From Paracoccaceae bacterium (GTDB lineage: Bacteria > Pseudomonadota > Alphaproteobacteria > Rhodobacterales > Rhodobacteraceae): a DNA stretch of 64,000 bases. Position 1 is the first letter of the stretch. The number at the start of each line of letters is the position of its first letter. The notes under the pieces were generated by a model, which was not told where the DNA came from, did not search any database, and saw only the letters and a list, made by a program, of their open reading frames with translations. The stretch covers positions 344,717 to 408,716 of the forward strand of contig JALSJM010000005.1 of the NCBI GenBank assembly GCA_026989355.1, written 5' to 3'. The translations under genes were made by a program, and so were the position numbers. This document shows positions 1 to 10,992 of this stretch, piece by piece.

Positions 1-805
1 CGAGACGCGCCAGCAGCGACAAAATCGCCATCGGCTCGATCCCTTCCGCACGCAGATCGCGCAGGGCCAGCGCGCCCAGACGCTTGGAAAGCGCCTCGCC
101 CTGCGGCCCCGTCAGCAGCGAATGATGCGCGAAACGCGGCGCTTCACCACCAAGGGCGCGGATGATCTGGATCTGCGTTGCGGTGTTGGTCACATGATCC
201 GCGCCGCGCACCACATCGGTGATGGCGAAATCCATGTCATCGCACACGGAAGCCAGCGTATACAGGAACTGGCCGTCGCCGCGGATCAGCACCGGGTCTG
301 AAACGCTTGCCGCATCGATCGAAACGGGGCCGAGGATGCCGTCTTCCCACTCGATGCGCTCGTGATCGAGCCTGAAGCGCCAGTGACCGGGGCGGGTGCG
401 CCGCAGTTCGGCCTTTTCCGCCTCGGAAAGTTTCAGTGCGGCGCGATCATATACCGGCGGCCTGCCCATGTTCAGCTGTTTCCTGCGCTTCAGGTCAAGC
501 TCGGTGGGCGTTTCGAAACACTCGTAAAGCCGCCCCGAGGCGCGCAGCCGATCGGCCGCCTCCTCATAGCGCCGCAACCGCTCGGACTGATGCTCCTCGC
601 GATCCCAGGCAAGGCCCAGCCAGCGAAGGTCCTCGCGGATCGCATCGGCATATTCCCTGGTCGAGCGCTCGGGATCGGTGTCGTCAAGACGCAGGATGAA
701 CCGCCCGTTGCCCTTGCGCGCGATCAGGTGGTTGAACAGGGCCGTGCGCAGATTGCCGATATGCAGGTAGCCAGTGGGCGACGGGGCGAAACGGGTGATT
801 GTCAT
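1..805 (-). CDS. gltX: glutamate--tRNA ligase, N-terminal part (gene continues past window start)
   Basis: My own translation of the minus strand from the ATG (complement of 803-805) gives [25 protein letters not shown]... It has the class-I HIGN signature and a later ALSKR (KMSKS-like) motif. It is absent from the ORF track because the window edge truncates it. Confidence 0.85.
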   Translation of the reverse strand, partial: MTITRFAPSPTGYLHIGNLRTALFNHLIARKGNGRFILRLDDTDPERSTREYADAIREDLRWLGLAWDREEHQSERLRRYEEAADRLRASGRLYECFETPTELDLKRRKQLNMGRPPVYDRAALKLSEAEKAELRRTRPGHWRFRLDHERIEWEDGILGPVSIDAASVSDPVLIRGDGQFLYTLASVCDDMDFAITDVVRGADHVTNTATQIQIIRALGGEAPRFAHHSLLTGPQGEALSKRLGALALRDLRAEGIEPMAILSLLARL

Positions 806-900
806 GCTTGCTGTCCGCTGATTGGCCGGGTTGCACAGGCTCTTACGCCGATTCACCGCCAAGCGAAAGGGGGCAGGCCGCCGGCAGGGTGCCGGATGCC

Positions 901-2559
901 TCAGCCCGGATCGCGCCAGCGGTTGACGATCGGATAGCGGCGATCGGGCCCGAAGGCGCGCATGGTAAGCCGGGTGCCCGGCGCGGCCTGAAAGCGCTTG
1001 TATTCGCTGATGTAAAGCAGATGTTCCACCTTCTTCACGGTTTCCCGGTCATAACCTTGCGCCACCAGATCCGAAACGCCGGCCTCGTCGTCCACCAGCC
1101 CTTTCAGGATGCCATCGAGAACCGCATAGGGCGGCAGACTGTCTTCGTCTTTCTGGCCGGGGCGCAGCTCGGCCGAGGGGGGCTTCTCGATCACCCGGGC
1201 CGGAATCACCTCGGTCGCGGGGCCCTTCATCCATTCCCGATGGTTGGCATTGCGCCAGCGGCAGGTCTCGAACACCCGCGTCTTGTAGAGATCCTTGATC
1301 GGGTTGTAGCCCCCGGCCATGTCGCCATAGATGGTGGCATATCCCACAGCCAGTTCCGACTTGTTGCCGGTGGTCAGCAGCATCTCGCCGAACTTGTTCG
1401 ACAACGCCATCAGCAGCACCATCCGCAGGCGCGACTGGATGTTTTCCTCGGTCACGTCCGGGGGCAGCCCTTCGAACAGGGTGGCAAGCGTTTCGCCAAC
1501 CGCCGCCCGCGCCGCGCCGATCGGCAGGTTGTCGAGCCGGCAGCCAAGCCTTTCGGCCACCCGGCGAGCATCCTCAAGCGAGCTTTCCGAGGTATATTCC
1601 GAGGGCATCATGACACAGCGCACGTTTTCAGGCCCCAGCGCATCCACCGCAATGGCAGCAACAAGCGCACTGTCCACCCCGCCGGAAAGCCCCAGCAGGG
1701 CCTTTGCAAACCCGTTCTTGCGCAGATAGTCGCCAAGCGCCATCACCATGCAGCGGTAATCCTGCTCCCACTCATCGGGCTGGGAGACAAGCGTGCCCTG
1801 CACGGCCCGCCAGCCCGTATCGGTTTCGGCAAGATCGAGATGGACAAGGCATTCCTCGAAGGCCGGCATCTGCACCGCAAGCGCACCGCCGGGATTAAGA
1901 ACGAAGCTGGCACCATCGAATACCTGATCGTCCTGCCCGCCCACAAGATTGAGATAGACAAGCGGCAGCCCGGTTTCCACGACCCGCGCCACCATATGGC
2001 CCTGACGCACATCGAGCTTGTTCCGGTAATAGGGAGAACCATTGGGCACCAGCAGGATATCGGCCCCGGTTTCGGCCAGGGTTTCGGCCACGTCGGGGCT
2101 CCAGGAATCTTCGCAGATCGGCGAACCGATGCGCAGCGGGCCGATGGCATAGGGGCCCTGAGGCGGGCCGGGTTCGAACAGGCGCATTTCGTCGAACACG
2201 GTTTCGTTGGGCAGTTTCTGCTTCAGCACACGCGCCTTCACCTGCCCGCCCTCAAGGATGTGATAGGCATTGTAAAGCCTGCCGCCCTCGGCAAACGGCC
2301 CGCCGATGGCAATTGCCGGCCCCTCGGCGCAGACGGCGGCCAGGGCCTCGATCTCGGCCATGGCGGCGCGGTGGAAGGCGGGCTTCATCACCAGATCCCG
2401 GGTCTGGTAGCCGGTGATGAACATCTCGGGAAAGGCCAGAAGATCGGCCTTCGCCGCCCTGGCCTGCGCCCAGGCCTCGCGGGCCTGCGCAGCGTTTTCC
2501 TTCAGCGCACCCACGGTGGGGTTGAACTGGGCCAGGGTGATGCGAAACCGTTGTGCCAT
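901..2559 (-). CDS. nadE: glutamine-dependent NAD+ synthetase
   Basis: ORF 901..2634. It has an N-terminal nitrilase/CN-hydrolase-like half ([14 protein letters not shown]...) and a C-terminal NAD synthetase half ([15 protein letters not shown]-loop). I set the start at the internal ATG (MAQRF), which is preceded by GAGGAT. Confidence 0.9.
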   Translation of the reverse strand: MAQRFRITLAQFNPTVGALKENAAQAREAWAQARAAKADLLAFPEMFITGYQTRDLVMKPAFHRAAMAEIEALAAVCAEGPAIAIGGPFAEGGRLYNAYHILEGGQVKARVLKQKLPNETVFDEMRLFEPGPPQGPYAIGPLRIGSPICEDSWSPDVAETLAETGADILLVPNGSPYYRNKLDVRQGHMVARVVETGLPLVYLNLVGGQDDQVFDGASFVLNPGGALAVQMPAFEECLVHLDLAETDTGWRAVQGTLVSQPDEWEQDYRCMVMALGDYLRKNGFAKALLGLSGGVDSALVAAIAVDALGPENVRCVMMPSEYTSESSLEDARRVAERLGCRLDNLPIGAARAAVGETLATLFEGLPPDVTEENIQSRLRMVLLMALSNKFGEMLLTTGNKSELAVGYATIYGDMAGGYNPIKDLYKTRVFETCRWRNANHREWMKGPATEVIPARVIEKPPSAELRPGQKDEDSLPPYAVLDGILKGLVDDEAGVSDLVAQGYDRETVKKVEHLLYISEYKRFQAAPGTRLTMRAFGPDRRYPIVNRWRDPG

Positions 2560-2720
2560 GCGATATCCTCGTTCCTGAACCGCTTTCTTAGCAGAGTTCC
2601 GCGCGGGTGGAAGCCGCCCGGCTGCAAAAAACATTGTCTGCCCGCGGGGGCTGAATTAGGCTCGGGAAACAGCGCCGCCCAGCATACGAACGGCAAGCGG
2701 CGACAAGGGAGTATCGCAGC

Positions 2721-4241
2721 ATGCGGACAACACGCGTTCCGGGTTTGAGGGCTTTTGCCCTTTCCACCGCTCTTTGCGCTGCCATGATCACGCCAACCCC
2801 GGCCCGGGCGCAGGGCACGGGTGAGGTGATCACAAAGCAATACAACGACGGCGGCGTCTATATCGGCACCTTTCTTGATGGCAAGCAGCATGGTCAGGGC
2901 ACCTATACCCTTCCCAACGGCTATGAATACAAGGGTCAGTGGGAACATGGCGAGATCAGGGGCAAGGGCGTTGCGCGTTATCCGAACGGCTCGGTATACG
3001 AGGGCGAATTCGTCGCCGGCAAGCCGCATGGGTTCGGCAGGATCGTGTTTGCCGATGGCGGCACCTATGAGGGCGACTGGGAAGACGGCCGGATCACCGG
3101 CAACGGCATCGCCATCTATGCCAACGGGGTGCAGTACGAAGGCGGTTTCCTGAACGGCCTGCATCACGGCGTGGGCACCATGAAAAGCCCGAACGGCTAT
3201 GTCTATCAGGGCGAATGGGCAAACGGCGTGAAAGAGGGTGAGGGCACCATCACCTATCCCGACGGCTCGGTCTACAAGGGCGCACTGAAGGGCGGCAAGC
3301 GCCACGGCAAGGGCGTTCTGACCCGCCCCGACGGCCTGCGCTACGAAGGCGAATGGAAAGATGGCCAGATCTCCGGGCAGGGCCGCCTCACGCAGCCCAA
3401 CGGCGATGTCTATGAAGGTGCGTTCCTGAATGGCAGGCGTCATGGCACGGGCAAGGTCACCTATGCCAACGGCGATGTCTACGAAGGCACCTTCCGCGAC
3501 GACATGCGCCACGGGCAGGGCACCTTCACCGGCGCCGACGGCTATCGCTATACCGGCGCCTGGGCAAACGGGCATATCGAGGGCAGGGGCGAGGTTACCT
3601 ATCCCGATGGTTCGCTCTACAAGGGCTCTTTCCGGAACGATCTTGCCGACGGCCAGGGCAGAATCGTCTATCCCGACGGCAATTCATACGAAGGCGAATG
3701 GAAGGCCGGGGTGATCGAAGGCAAGGGCATCGCACGTTATGGCGACGGTATGGTCTATGAAGGCAGCTTCAGAAACGCCAGATACCATGGTTTCGGAATC
3801 ATGACCTATCCCGGCGGTTATCGCTACGAGGGCGAATGGAAGGACGGCCAGCGCCACGGCAGGGGCAAGGCCACCTATGGCGACGGCACCGTGTATGAAG
3901 GCGATTTCGTGAACGGCCTGCGCGAAGGCCTGGGCACCATCAGGATGCCCGACGGCTTCACCTACACCGGTGAATGGAAGGCCGGCGAAATCGACGGCAA
4001 GGGCATGGCCACCTATCCCAATGGCGATGTGTATGAAGGCATGTTCTCGAAGGGCAGACGCCAGGGGCAAGGCACCATGCGCTATCACTCCGGGCAGGTT
4101 CAGTCCGGCCGCTGGGAAAGCGGCGCCTTTGCCGGCGATTCACCGGAAACATCCCCCGCAGACGCCCCCCCCGAAACAACGCCGCAAGCGCCTGCTTCTC
4201 CCGAAACGGCAGAAACACCCCCGGCCGGCAACGGCAACTGA
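2721..4241 (+). CDS. secreted MORN-repeat protein
   Basis: 506 aa. An N-terminal signal-like segment (LSTALCAAMITPTPARAQG) is followed by about 18-19 tandem 23-aa YxGxWxxGxxxGxG (MORN) units. The C-terminal tail is Pro/Thr/Glu-rich. Confidence 0.85.
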   Translation: MRTTRVPGLRAFALSTALCAAMITPTPARAQGTGEVITKQYNDGGVYIGTFLDGKQHGQGTYTLPNGYEYKGQWEHGEIRGKGVARYPNGSVYEGEFVAGKPHGFGRIVFADGGTYEGDWEDGRITGNGIAIYANGVQYEGGFLNGLHHGVGTMKSPNGYVYQGEWANGVKEGEGTITYPDGSVYKGALKGGKRHGKGVLTRPDGLRYEGEWKDGQISGQGRLTQPNGDVYEGAFLNGRRHGTGKVTYANGDVYEGTFRDDMRHGQGTFTGADGYRYTGAWANGHIEGRGEVTYPDGSLYKGSFRNDLADGQGRIVYPDGNSYEGEWKAGVIEGKGIARYGDGMVYEGSFRNARYHGFGIMTYPGGYRYEGEWKDGQRHGRGKATYGDGTVYEGDFVNGLREGLGTIRMPDGFTYTGEWKAGEIDGKGMATYPNGDVYEGMFSKGRRQGQGTMRYHSGQVQSGRWESGAFAGDSPETSPADAPPETTPQAPASPETAETPPAGNGN

Positions 4242-4505
4242 GCACCTGCGCCGCCCCCGGAAACCCGCCACATGCAAATGGAAATCCGCCACGTTTCGTG
4301 GTAAGATGGAGAGAAGGGAAAGGGTGGTGGCCGGAACTGACCTGATCGGATGTGCGATGCCTGCGCACTGTTTCCGAAACGGCAGCAGTTGCAAAAAAAT
4401 CACCCAGTTCATACTTGTTTCGCGAACAATAACTCCGTTCGCGAATATTTTACCCAAATGTGCGAAACCACACGCACGAGCAGTATGATCATTGGAGCAC
4501 GCGAG

Positions 4506-5279
4506 ATGAAACGGCCATATTTCATGCACACGCTGTATATCGGTTCGGCCTTCGCAGCGATGGCACTTGCAACGGCAGCACATGCCGCATCTGTCAGATT
4601 CGATACCCTGGAAGCCCTCTGGACCAACCCGACAGGTGGCAGCAGCATCGTCATGACACCGTCTTACGACGATCCGGCAACCATCCGGTGGGGCATCCCG
4701 CACATGTCGGGAACGGGCGAAAAATCGGGATACGAATTCGACGCGGTCGATACCCCCTTCATCCGCCCGGCAGATGATGTATTCGCGCTGGGAAGATTCA
4801 CCCATTTCAACAAGGTAATAAATCTTGGCACGGGGATTTCCTCGGTCGAGCTTTTCCTGAAAGCCGATATCGTGCTGATCCCCGATGCCGGCCCCGAAGT
4901 TTCACTGGGGGAAAACATCTTCCGTTTTCTGGTCAAGCATGATGAAACCCCCAATGTCGCACCCTGTCTGCCCGGCAGTGTTTCGGTGTGCGATGATGCG
5001 GTCAGCATCACCGCCCTTGACACAAGCGATATGGTGCTGATCGACGGCACCGAATACACGCTGTCGATCCTCGGCTTCTCGTACACCGTTGCCGATGCCG
5101 AAGCGGGAATATTCGATTCCGAATTCCTTTCGCCTGAAAACGGCACCAATACCCGCGTGCTGGCGGCCACGTTCAGCGTGGCTGGCAACAACCCCGCTCC
5201 GGTGCCGCTGCCGGCAGGGCTGCCGATGCTGCTTGCCGGGCTGGGGCTGATGCGAATCCGGAAAGGAAAGCCGGGCTGA
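4506..5279 (+). CDS. THxN-motif protein with C-terminal VPLPA-CTERM (PEP-CTERM-like) sorting signal
   Basis: ORF 4350..5279, with the start placed at the internal ATG 4506 (MKRPYFMHTLYIGSAFAAMALATAAHA signal peptide). It has an RFTHFN motif. The C-terminus APVPLPAGLPMLLAGLGLMRIRKGK is a VPLPA motif, a TM helix and a basic tail. Confidence 0.7.
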   Translation: MKRPYFMHTLYIGSAFAAMALATAAHAASVRFDTLEALWTNPTGGSSIVMTPSYDDPATIRWGIPHMSGTGEKSGYEFDAVDTPFIRPADDVFALGRFTHFNKVINLGTGISSVELFLKADIVLIPDAGPEVSLGENIFRFLVKHDETPNVAPCLPGSVSVCDDAVSITALDTSDMVLIDGTEYTLSILGFSYTVADAEAGIFDSEFLSPENGTNTRVLAATFSVAGNNPAPVPLPAGLPMLLAGLGLMRIRKGKPG

Positions 5280-5449
5280 ACCCTTCCGGTTCGCACAACA
5301 CCGAAGGGCAAGGCCCGCAGGCCGCGCCACGCCATGCCCGGAAAAGACTTCGGCGCCTCGTGCCTGTCTCCGCATCAGCAGAGCCTCCGCAGGAAATTGT
5401 GGGGGCTGCCCGCTTTCTGCCGCTTCGGCGCATTCCGGCACCTGCGGGA

Positions 5450-6718
5450 TCATTTCAGTTTGGTTACGCCCAGCATCCGCATGACAGCACGTTCGTAGAA
5501 TGGCTCGCTCACCCCCTTGCGGATCTTGCGCAGAAAATACCATTCGAACATCAGCTTGGCCCAGTGCACCCATCTGCCCCTGGATGACCAGTTCACATTG
5601 CGCGGCGGGTTCTGCGGCATCGCCAGGAAGGCCGCACCGCCATCGCCGAAATCGGCGAGGCAAAGCGCATTCCACGTGGCCCTGGCAGAGGGCGCCCGGC
5701 CCTCGAGCAGAAGCGGAATGTTGTGCGCCGTGGCCGTGACCATGCTTTCGATCATGAAACCGGTTTTCGGCACGCCCGTGGGCACCGGTGTTGCCACCGG
5801 CGGCGCAATTGCAATGCACACCCCGATTGCGAACACGTTCCGGTATTTCGGATTGCGCTGGTATTCATCAACGATGACGAAACCGCGCGGATTGACCAGC
5901 CCTTCGATATCGCGCAATGCCGGTATCCCGCGAAAGGCAGGCAGCATCATCGCATAGCTGAATTCGCGCTCGTGCCGCTTCTTGTCCTTGCCGTCCTCGT
6001 CCACCTCGGTGATGAAAGCCCTGCCATCGGCGAACCTTTCCACCCTGGCATTGACGATCCAGTCGATATGGCGACTGCGCAGAAGGGATTCGAGCATTCC
6101 CTTCGTATCGCCCACGCCGCCCAGCCCGAGATGCCCGATGAACGGTTCGGACGAGACAAAGGTTATCGGCACCTTGTGGCGAATCTTGCGACGGCGCAGA
6201 TCGGTATCCATGATCATCGCATATTCATAGGCCGGCCCGAAACACGAAGCCCCCTGCACCGCACCCACCACGATCGGGCCGGGATTCCTGCAGAATGCCT
6301 CCCAGGCCTCTGCCGATTTCCCGGCATGTTCCACTGTGCAGACCGAGTGCGTGAAGCCCTCGGGGCCGAAGCCCTCGATCTCGTCAAACGCCAGTTCGGG
6401 GCCGGTGGCAATCACGATATGGTCGTATTCCACCGATTGCCCGTCTTTCAGCTCTACCCTGTTTTCCCCGGGATGAAGGCGTCTTGCGCCGGTGCTGATG
6501 AAATCGATGTCGCGCTTCGCCATCACCGGAGCAAGATCGATGGTGATGTCCTCCTTCCTGCGCCAGCCTACCCCCGCCCAGGGATTGGACGGGGTGAACT
6601 GGAAATAGGGCTTGTCGGAAATCACGGTGATCCTGTGCCCCCGCCCCAGCGTTTCGCGCAATTCGAAAGCCTGGATGGCACCGCCAAGGCCGGCGCCCAA
6701 TACAACCACATGTGCCAT
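5450..6718 (-). CDS. sqr: sulfide:quinone oxidoreductase
   Basis: 422 aa. MAHVVVLGAGLGGA (FAD Rossmann) ... GVPKTGFMIESMVTATAHN ... PPRNVNWSSRGRWVHWAK. It is near-collinear with the Rhodobacter capsulatus SQR sequence as I remember it. Confidence 0.9.
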   Translation of the reverse strand: MAHVVVLGAGLGGAIQAFELRETLGRGHRITVISDKPYFQFTPSNPWAGVGWRRKEDITIDLAPVMAKRDIDFISTGARRLHPGENRVELKDGQSVEYDHIVIATGPELAFDEIEGFGPEGFTHSVCTVEHAGKSAEAWEAFCRNPGPIVVGAVQGASCFGPAYEYAMIMDTDLRRRKIRHKVPITFVSSEPFIGHLGLGGVGDTKGMLESLLRSRHIDWIVNARVERFADGRAFITEVDEDGKDKKRHEREFSYAMMLPAFRGIPALRDIEGLVNPRGFVIVDEYQRNPKYRNVFAIGVCIAIAPPVATPVPTGVPKTGFMIESMVTATAHNIPLLLEGRAPSARATWNALCLADFGDGGAAFLAMPQNPPRNVNWSSRGRWVHWAKLMFEWYFLRKIRKGVSEPFYERAVMRMLGVTKLK

Positions 6719-6941
6719 TCTCGTTTCCTCCTTCGGGTGTTTCCGTTTCCCCGCCTGCCGGCATCGGACGGGATCCCGGCCCCTCGGCCCGCATCCGGCC
6801 GTTTCCCTCTTTTCCGGACGGCAGCCATGCGGAATATTCTCATCCTTCGGCCATGCCGTGCCCTGACCTGCATCAAACCCCGGAAATTCGACAGACGAAT
6901 TGGGGCTTTATCTCGTCGGCAAAGCGCGTATATTCCGCCCC

Positions 6942-7037
6942 ATGAGCACAAGGCCGCATGAAAACCACATCATTTCCGCTCTGCCTGCCGGCACAGCGGT
7001 CAGCCGTGGCGGCCTTCTCCTCCTTAGCTGCCTCTGA
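6942..7037 (+). promoter_or_regulatory. candidate leucine leader peptide ORF (31 codons, four consecutive Leu codons) upstream of leuA
   Basis: ATG at 6942 and TGA at 7035-7037. Translation: MSTRPHENHIISALPAGTAVSRGGLLLLSCL. The Leu run CTT CTC CTC CTT lies at 7014-7025. The downstream sequence can form nested helices with the Leu/stop region (see finding). Confidence 0.5.
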
Positions 7038-7124
7038 GCGTGTCATGTCCGGCGCACGCGTTCAGAGGCTGTGATCCGCGCCACCATCACCCGAAGCTAA
7101 GGCAGAAAGAAAAAGAGAATTCCC

Positions 7125-8702
7125 ATGTCCGATTCCGCGAAACACCCCGCGATGCAACAGAACCGTGTCCTGATCTTCGACACCACCCTGCGCGACGGCG
7201 AGCAATCCCCGGGCGCCACCATGACCCATGACGAGAAACTCGAGATCGCACAGATGCTCGACGAAATGGGCGTGGACATCATCGAAGCCGGTTTCCCGAT
7301 TGCCTCGGAAGGCGATTTCAAGGCGGTGAGCGAGATCGCCCGGCAGGCCGAAAACGCCGTGATCTGCGGCCTTGCGCGCGCCAATTTCAAGGATATCGAC
7401 CGCTGCTGGGAGGCCGTGAAAGGCGCACGGCGGCCGCGCATCCATACCTTCATCGGCACTTCGCCACTGCATCGCGACATCCCCCGCCTCAGCCGGGACG
7501 AGATGGCCGAGCTGATCCACGATACGGTGACCCGCGCCCGCAACCTGTGCGAAGACGTGCAGTGGTCGCCCATGGACGCAACCCGCACCGAACAGGACTA
7601 TCTCTGCCGCGTCGTCGAGATTGCGATCAAGGCCGGCGCCACCACCATCAACATCCCCGATACGGTGGGCTATACGGCCCCACGCGAAAACGCCGCACTG
7701 ATCCGCATGCTGATCGAGCGTGTGCCAGGTGCCGACGAGATCACCTTTGCCACCCATTGCCACAACGATCTGGGCATGGCCACGGCCAATGCCCTGGCGG
7801 CGGTGGAAGCCGGCGCCCGTCAGATCGAATGCACGATCAACGGTCTGGGCGAGCGCGCCGGCAACACCGCCCTGGAAGAGGTGGTGATGGCGCTGAAGGT
7901 GCGCAATGACATCCTGCCCTTCACCACCGGCATCGACACCACCCGGATCATGAACATCTCGCGCCGGGTGGCGCAGGTTTCGGGCTTCCCGGTGCAATAC
8001 AACAAGGCAATCGTGGGCAAGAATGCCTTCGCTCATGAAAGCGGCATCCACCAGGACGGAATGCTGAAGAACGCCGAAACCTTCGAGATCATGCGCCCCG
8101 AGGATGTGGGCCTGAAGGAAACCAGCCTGGTGCTGGGCAAGCATTCGGGCCGTGCGGCACTGCGCGCGCGCCTGCACGATCTGGGATTTGACCTGGCCGA
8201 CAATCAGCTGAAAGACATATTCGTGCGTTTCAAGGCGCTGGCCGACCGCAAGAAAGAGGTTTATGACGATGACCTGATCGCGCTGATGCACGACAGTGCC
8301 AGCGAGGCCGAACACGATCATATCCAGCTGAAGCGACTGCAGGTGATCTGCGGCACCGAAGCCCCCCAGTCCGCCGATATGGTGCTTGAAATCGACGGCA
8401 CCGAGCAGCAGGTCACCGCTACCGGCGATGGCCCGGTGGATGCCGCCTTCAATGCCGTGAAGGCACTGTTTCCCCATGAGGCCCGCCTGCAGCTTTATCA
8501 GGTGCATGCGGTAACGGAGGGAACCGATGCCCAGGCCACGGTAAGTGTCCGAATGGAGGAAAACGGCAAGATCGTCACCGGTCAGTCGGCCGATACCGAT
8601 ACGGTGGTTGCTTCCACGAAAGCCTATATCCAGGCACTGAACAAGCTTCTGGTGCGGCGCCAGAAACGCAGGCCCGGGCATGATTCGAACGTGGCCTCAT
8701 GA
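7125..8702 (+). CDS. leuA: 2-isopropylmalate synthase
   Basis: 525 aa. VLIFDTTLRDGEQSPGA ... HCHNDLGMATANALAA ... plus a C-terminal LeuA allosteric domain. Confidence 0.95.
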   Translation: MSDSAKHPAMQQNRVLIFDTTLRDGEQSPGATMTHDEKLEIAQMLDEMGVDIIEAGFPIASEGDFKAVSEIARQAENAVICGLARANFKDIDRCWEAVKGARRPRIHTFIGTSPLHRDIPRLSRDEMAELIHDTVTRARNLCEDVQWSPMDATRTEQDYLCRVVEIAIKAGATTINIPDTVGYTAPRENAALIRMLIERVPGADEITFATHCHNDLGMATANALAAVEAGARQIECTINGLGERAGNTALEEVVMALKVRNDILPFTTGIDTTRIMNISRRVAQVSGFPVQYNKAIVGKNAFAHESGIHQDGMLKNAETFEIMRPEDVGLKETSLVLGKHSGRAALRARLHDLGFDLADNQLKDIFVRFKALADRKKEVYDDDLIALMHDSASEAEHDHIQLKRLQVICGTEAPQSADMVLEIDGTEQQVTATGDGPVDAAFNAVKALFPHEARLQLYQVHAVTEGTDAQATVSVRMEENGKIVTGQSADTDTVVASTKAYIQALNKLLVRRQKRRPGHDSNVAS

Positions 8703-8937
8703 CAGGAAACGCCCGAGGGCGCAGATCGGTGGTGTTTCACTTTCCAAACATGTTCCGGCCTGTTTCCGGGTCCAAAACCTGATCTGATTTCACAAACCCG
8801 GCAATTTCAGGTCGATCGCGAACCGCGCGGGGATCGCCCCGTGCGTTCCCGGCGGCGAAAAGGTGCCGCCCATGGCCCTTCTGCCCCTTTACGCTGGCCG
8901 TGGCCGGCGCCTATAAGAACCCGGCCGGTGGCCGTGA

Positions 8938-10017
<1,080 letters not shown>

Positions 10018-10044
10018 GGCCGGGAGGCCCTTCGGGAGCGGCCT

Positions 10045-10992
10045 GTGGCAAGGGAAAACGTGACACATACCTATGTGCGCCCGATCCGGCGGATCCTGAC
10101 CGGGCTGCTCCTGCTGCTGCTCGCCGGCATCTTCCTGCTGTGGCGGATCGACAGCCCCCGGGTCGAGCAGTTTCGCGCCCGCCTGACAGACAAGGTGGTG
10201 CCCAGCTTCGAATGGGCGCTGGCGCCGGTTGCCGCCTTCGCCAACATGATCGAGGGGTATCAGTCCTATCAGAAACTCTATCGGCAGAACCAGGAACTGC
10301 GCCGCGAACTGCAACAGATGAAGGCCTGGAAGGAAGCGGCGCTGCAACTGGAACAGAAGAACGCCAAGCTTCTCGATCTCAACAAGGTGCGGCTTGATCC
10401 CAAGCTTACCCATGTCACGGGCGTGGTTCTGGCCGACAGCGGTTCGCCCTTCCGGCAGTCGGTTCTGGTCAATGTGGGCGCACGTGACGGCATTCAGGAT
10501 GGCTGGGCAACGATGGACGGCATCGGGCTTGTCGGGCGTATCTCGGGGGTGGGCGACCGCACCGCGCGGGTTATCCTGCTGACCGATTCGAACAGCCGCA
10601 TTCCCGTTTCGATCCAGCCCTCCGGCCAGCGGGCGATCCTGGCCGGCGACAATTCCCCCGCTCCGCCGCTGGAATTTCTCGAAAAACCGGAGCTGGTGCG
10701 CCCCGGCGACAGCGTCATTTCATCGGGCGATGGCGGGGTGTTTCCCGCGGGGCTTCTGGTTGGCCGCGTCGCACAGGGCACCGACGGAAGGCTGCGCGTG
10801 CGCCTGGCTGCCGATTACGAACGCCTCGAATATCTGCGCGTGCTGCGCTCACGCCCTGTCGAACCGATAACCATGCCCGGCATGCTGCTGGCGCCGGCGC
10901 CACTGCCTGCACCGGCGCCGACACCGGAAAACCCGGATACGTCACCCCCCGGCACCGCGGAAGAAGACGCCGGCGAGGGGCGGGATGGTTGA
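10045..10992 (+). CDS. mreC: rod shape-determining protein MreC
   Basis: 315 aa, positioned after mreB. It has an N-terminal TM segment, a coiled-coil (ELRRELQQMKAWKE) and a beta-rich domain (GLVGRISGVGDRTARVILLTD). The GTG start is uncertain. Confidence 0.85.
   Translation: MARENVTHTYVRPIRRILTGLLLLLLAGIFLLWRIDSPRVEQFRARLTDKVVPSFEWALAPVAAFANMIEGYQSYQKLYRQNQELRRELQQMKAWKEAALQLEQKNAKLLDLNKVRLDPKLTHVTGVVLADSGSPFRQSVLVNVGARDGIQDGWATMDGIGLVGRISGVGDRTARVILLTDSNSRIPVSIQPSGQRAILAGDNSPAPPLEFLEKPELVRPGDSVISSGDGGVFPAGLLVGRVAQGTDGRLRVRLAADYERLEYLRVLRSRPVEPITMPGMLLAPAPLPAPAPTPENPDTSPPGTAEEDAGEGRDG

Noticed and set aside
799-2748. Very long ORFs antisense to, or out of frame with, recognised genes. Examples are 799..2748+, 2502..3575-, 7062..8681-, 11530..13281-, 26344..28413+, 33002..34825-, 39932..42154+, 48101..50212+, 50354..52864+, 55879..57342- and 59768..61054-.
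   Set aside because: Their translations are Arg/Gly/Ala/Pro/His-rich low-complexity strings with no recognisable motifs. Each one shadows a gene with a clear family signature on the other strand or in another frame. Such stop-free shadow frames are expected in ~65% GC DNA.
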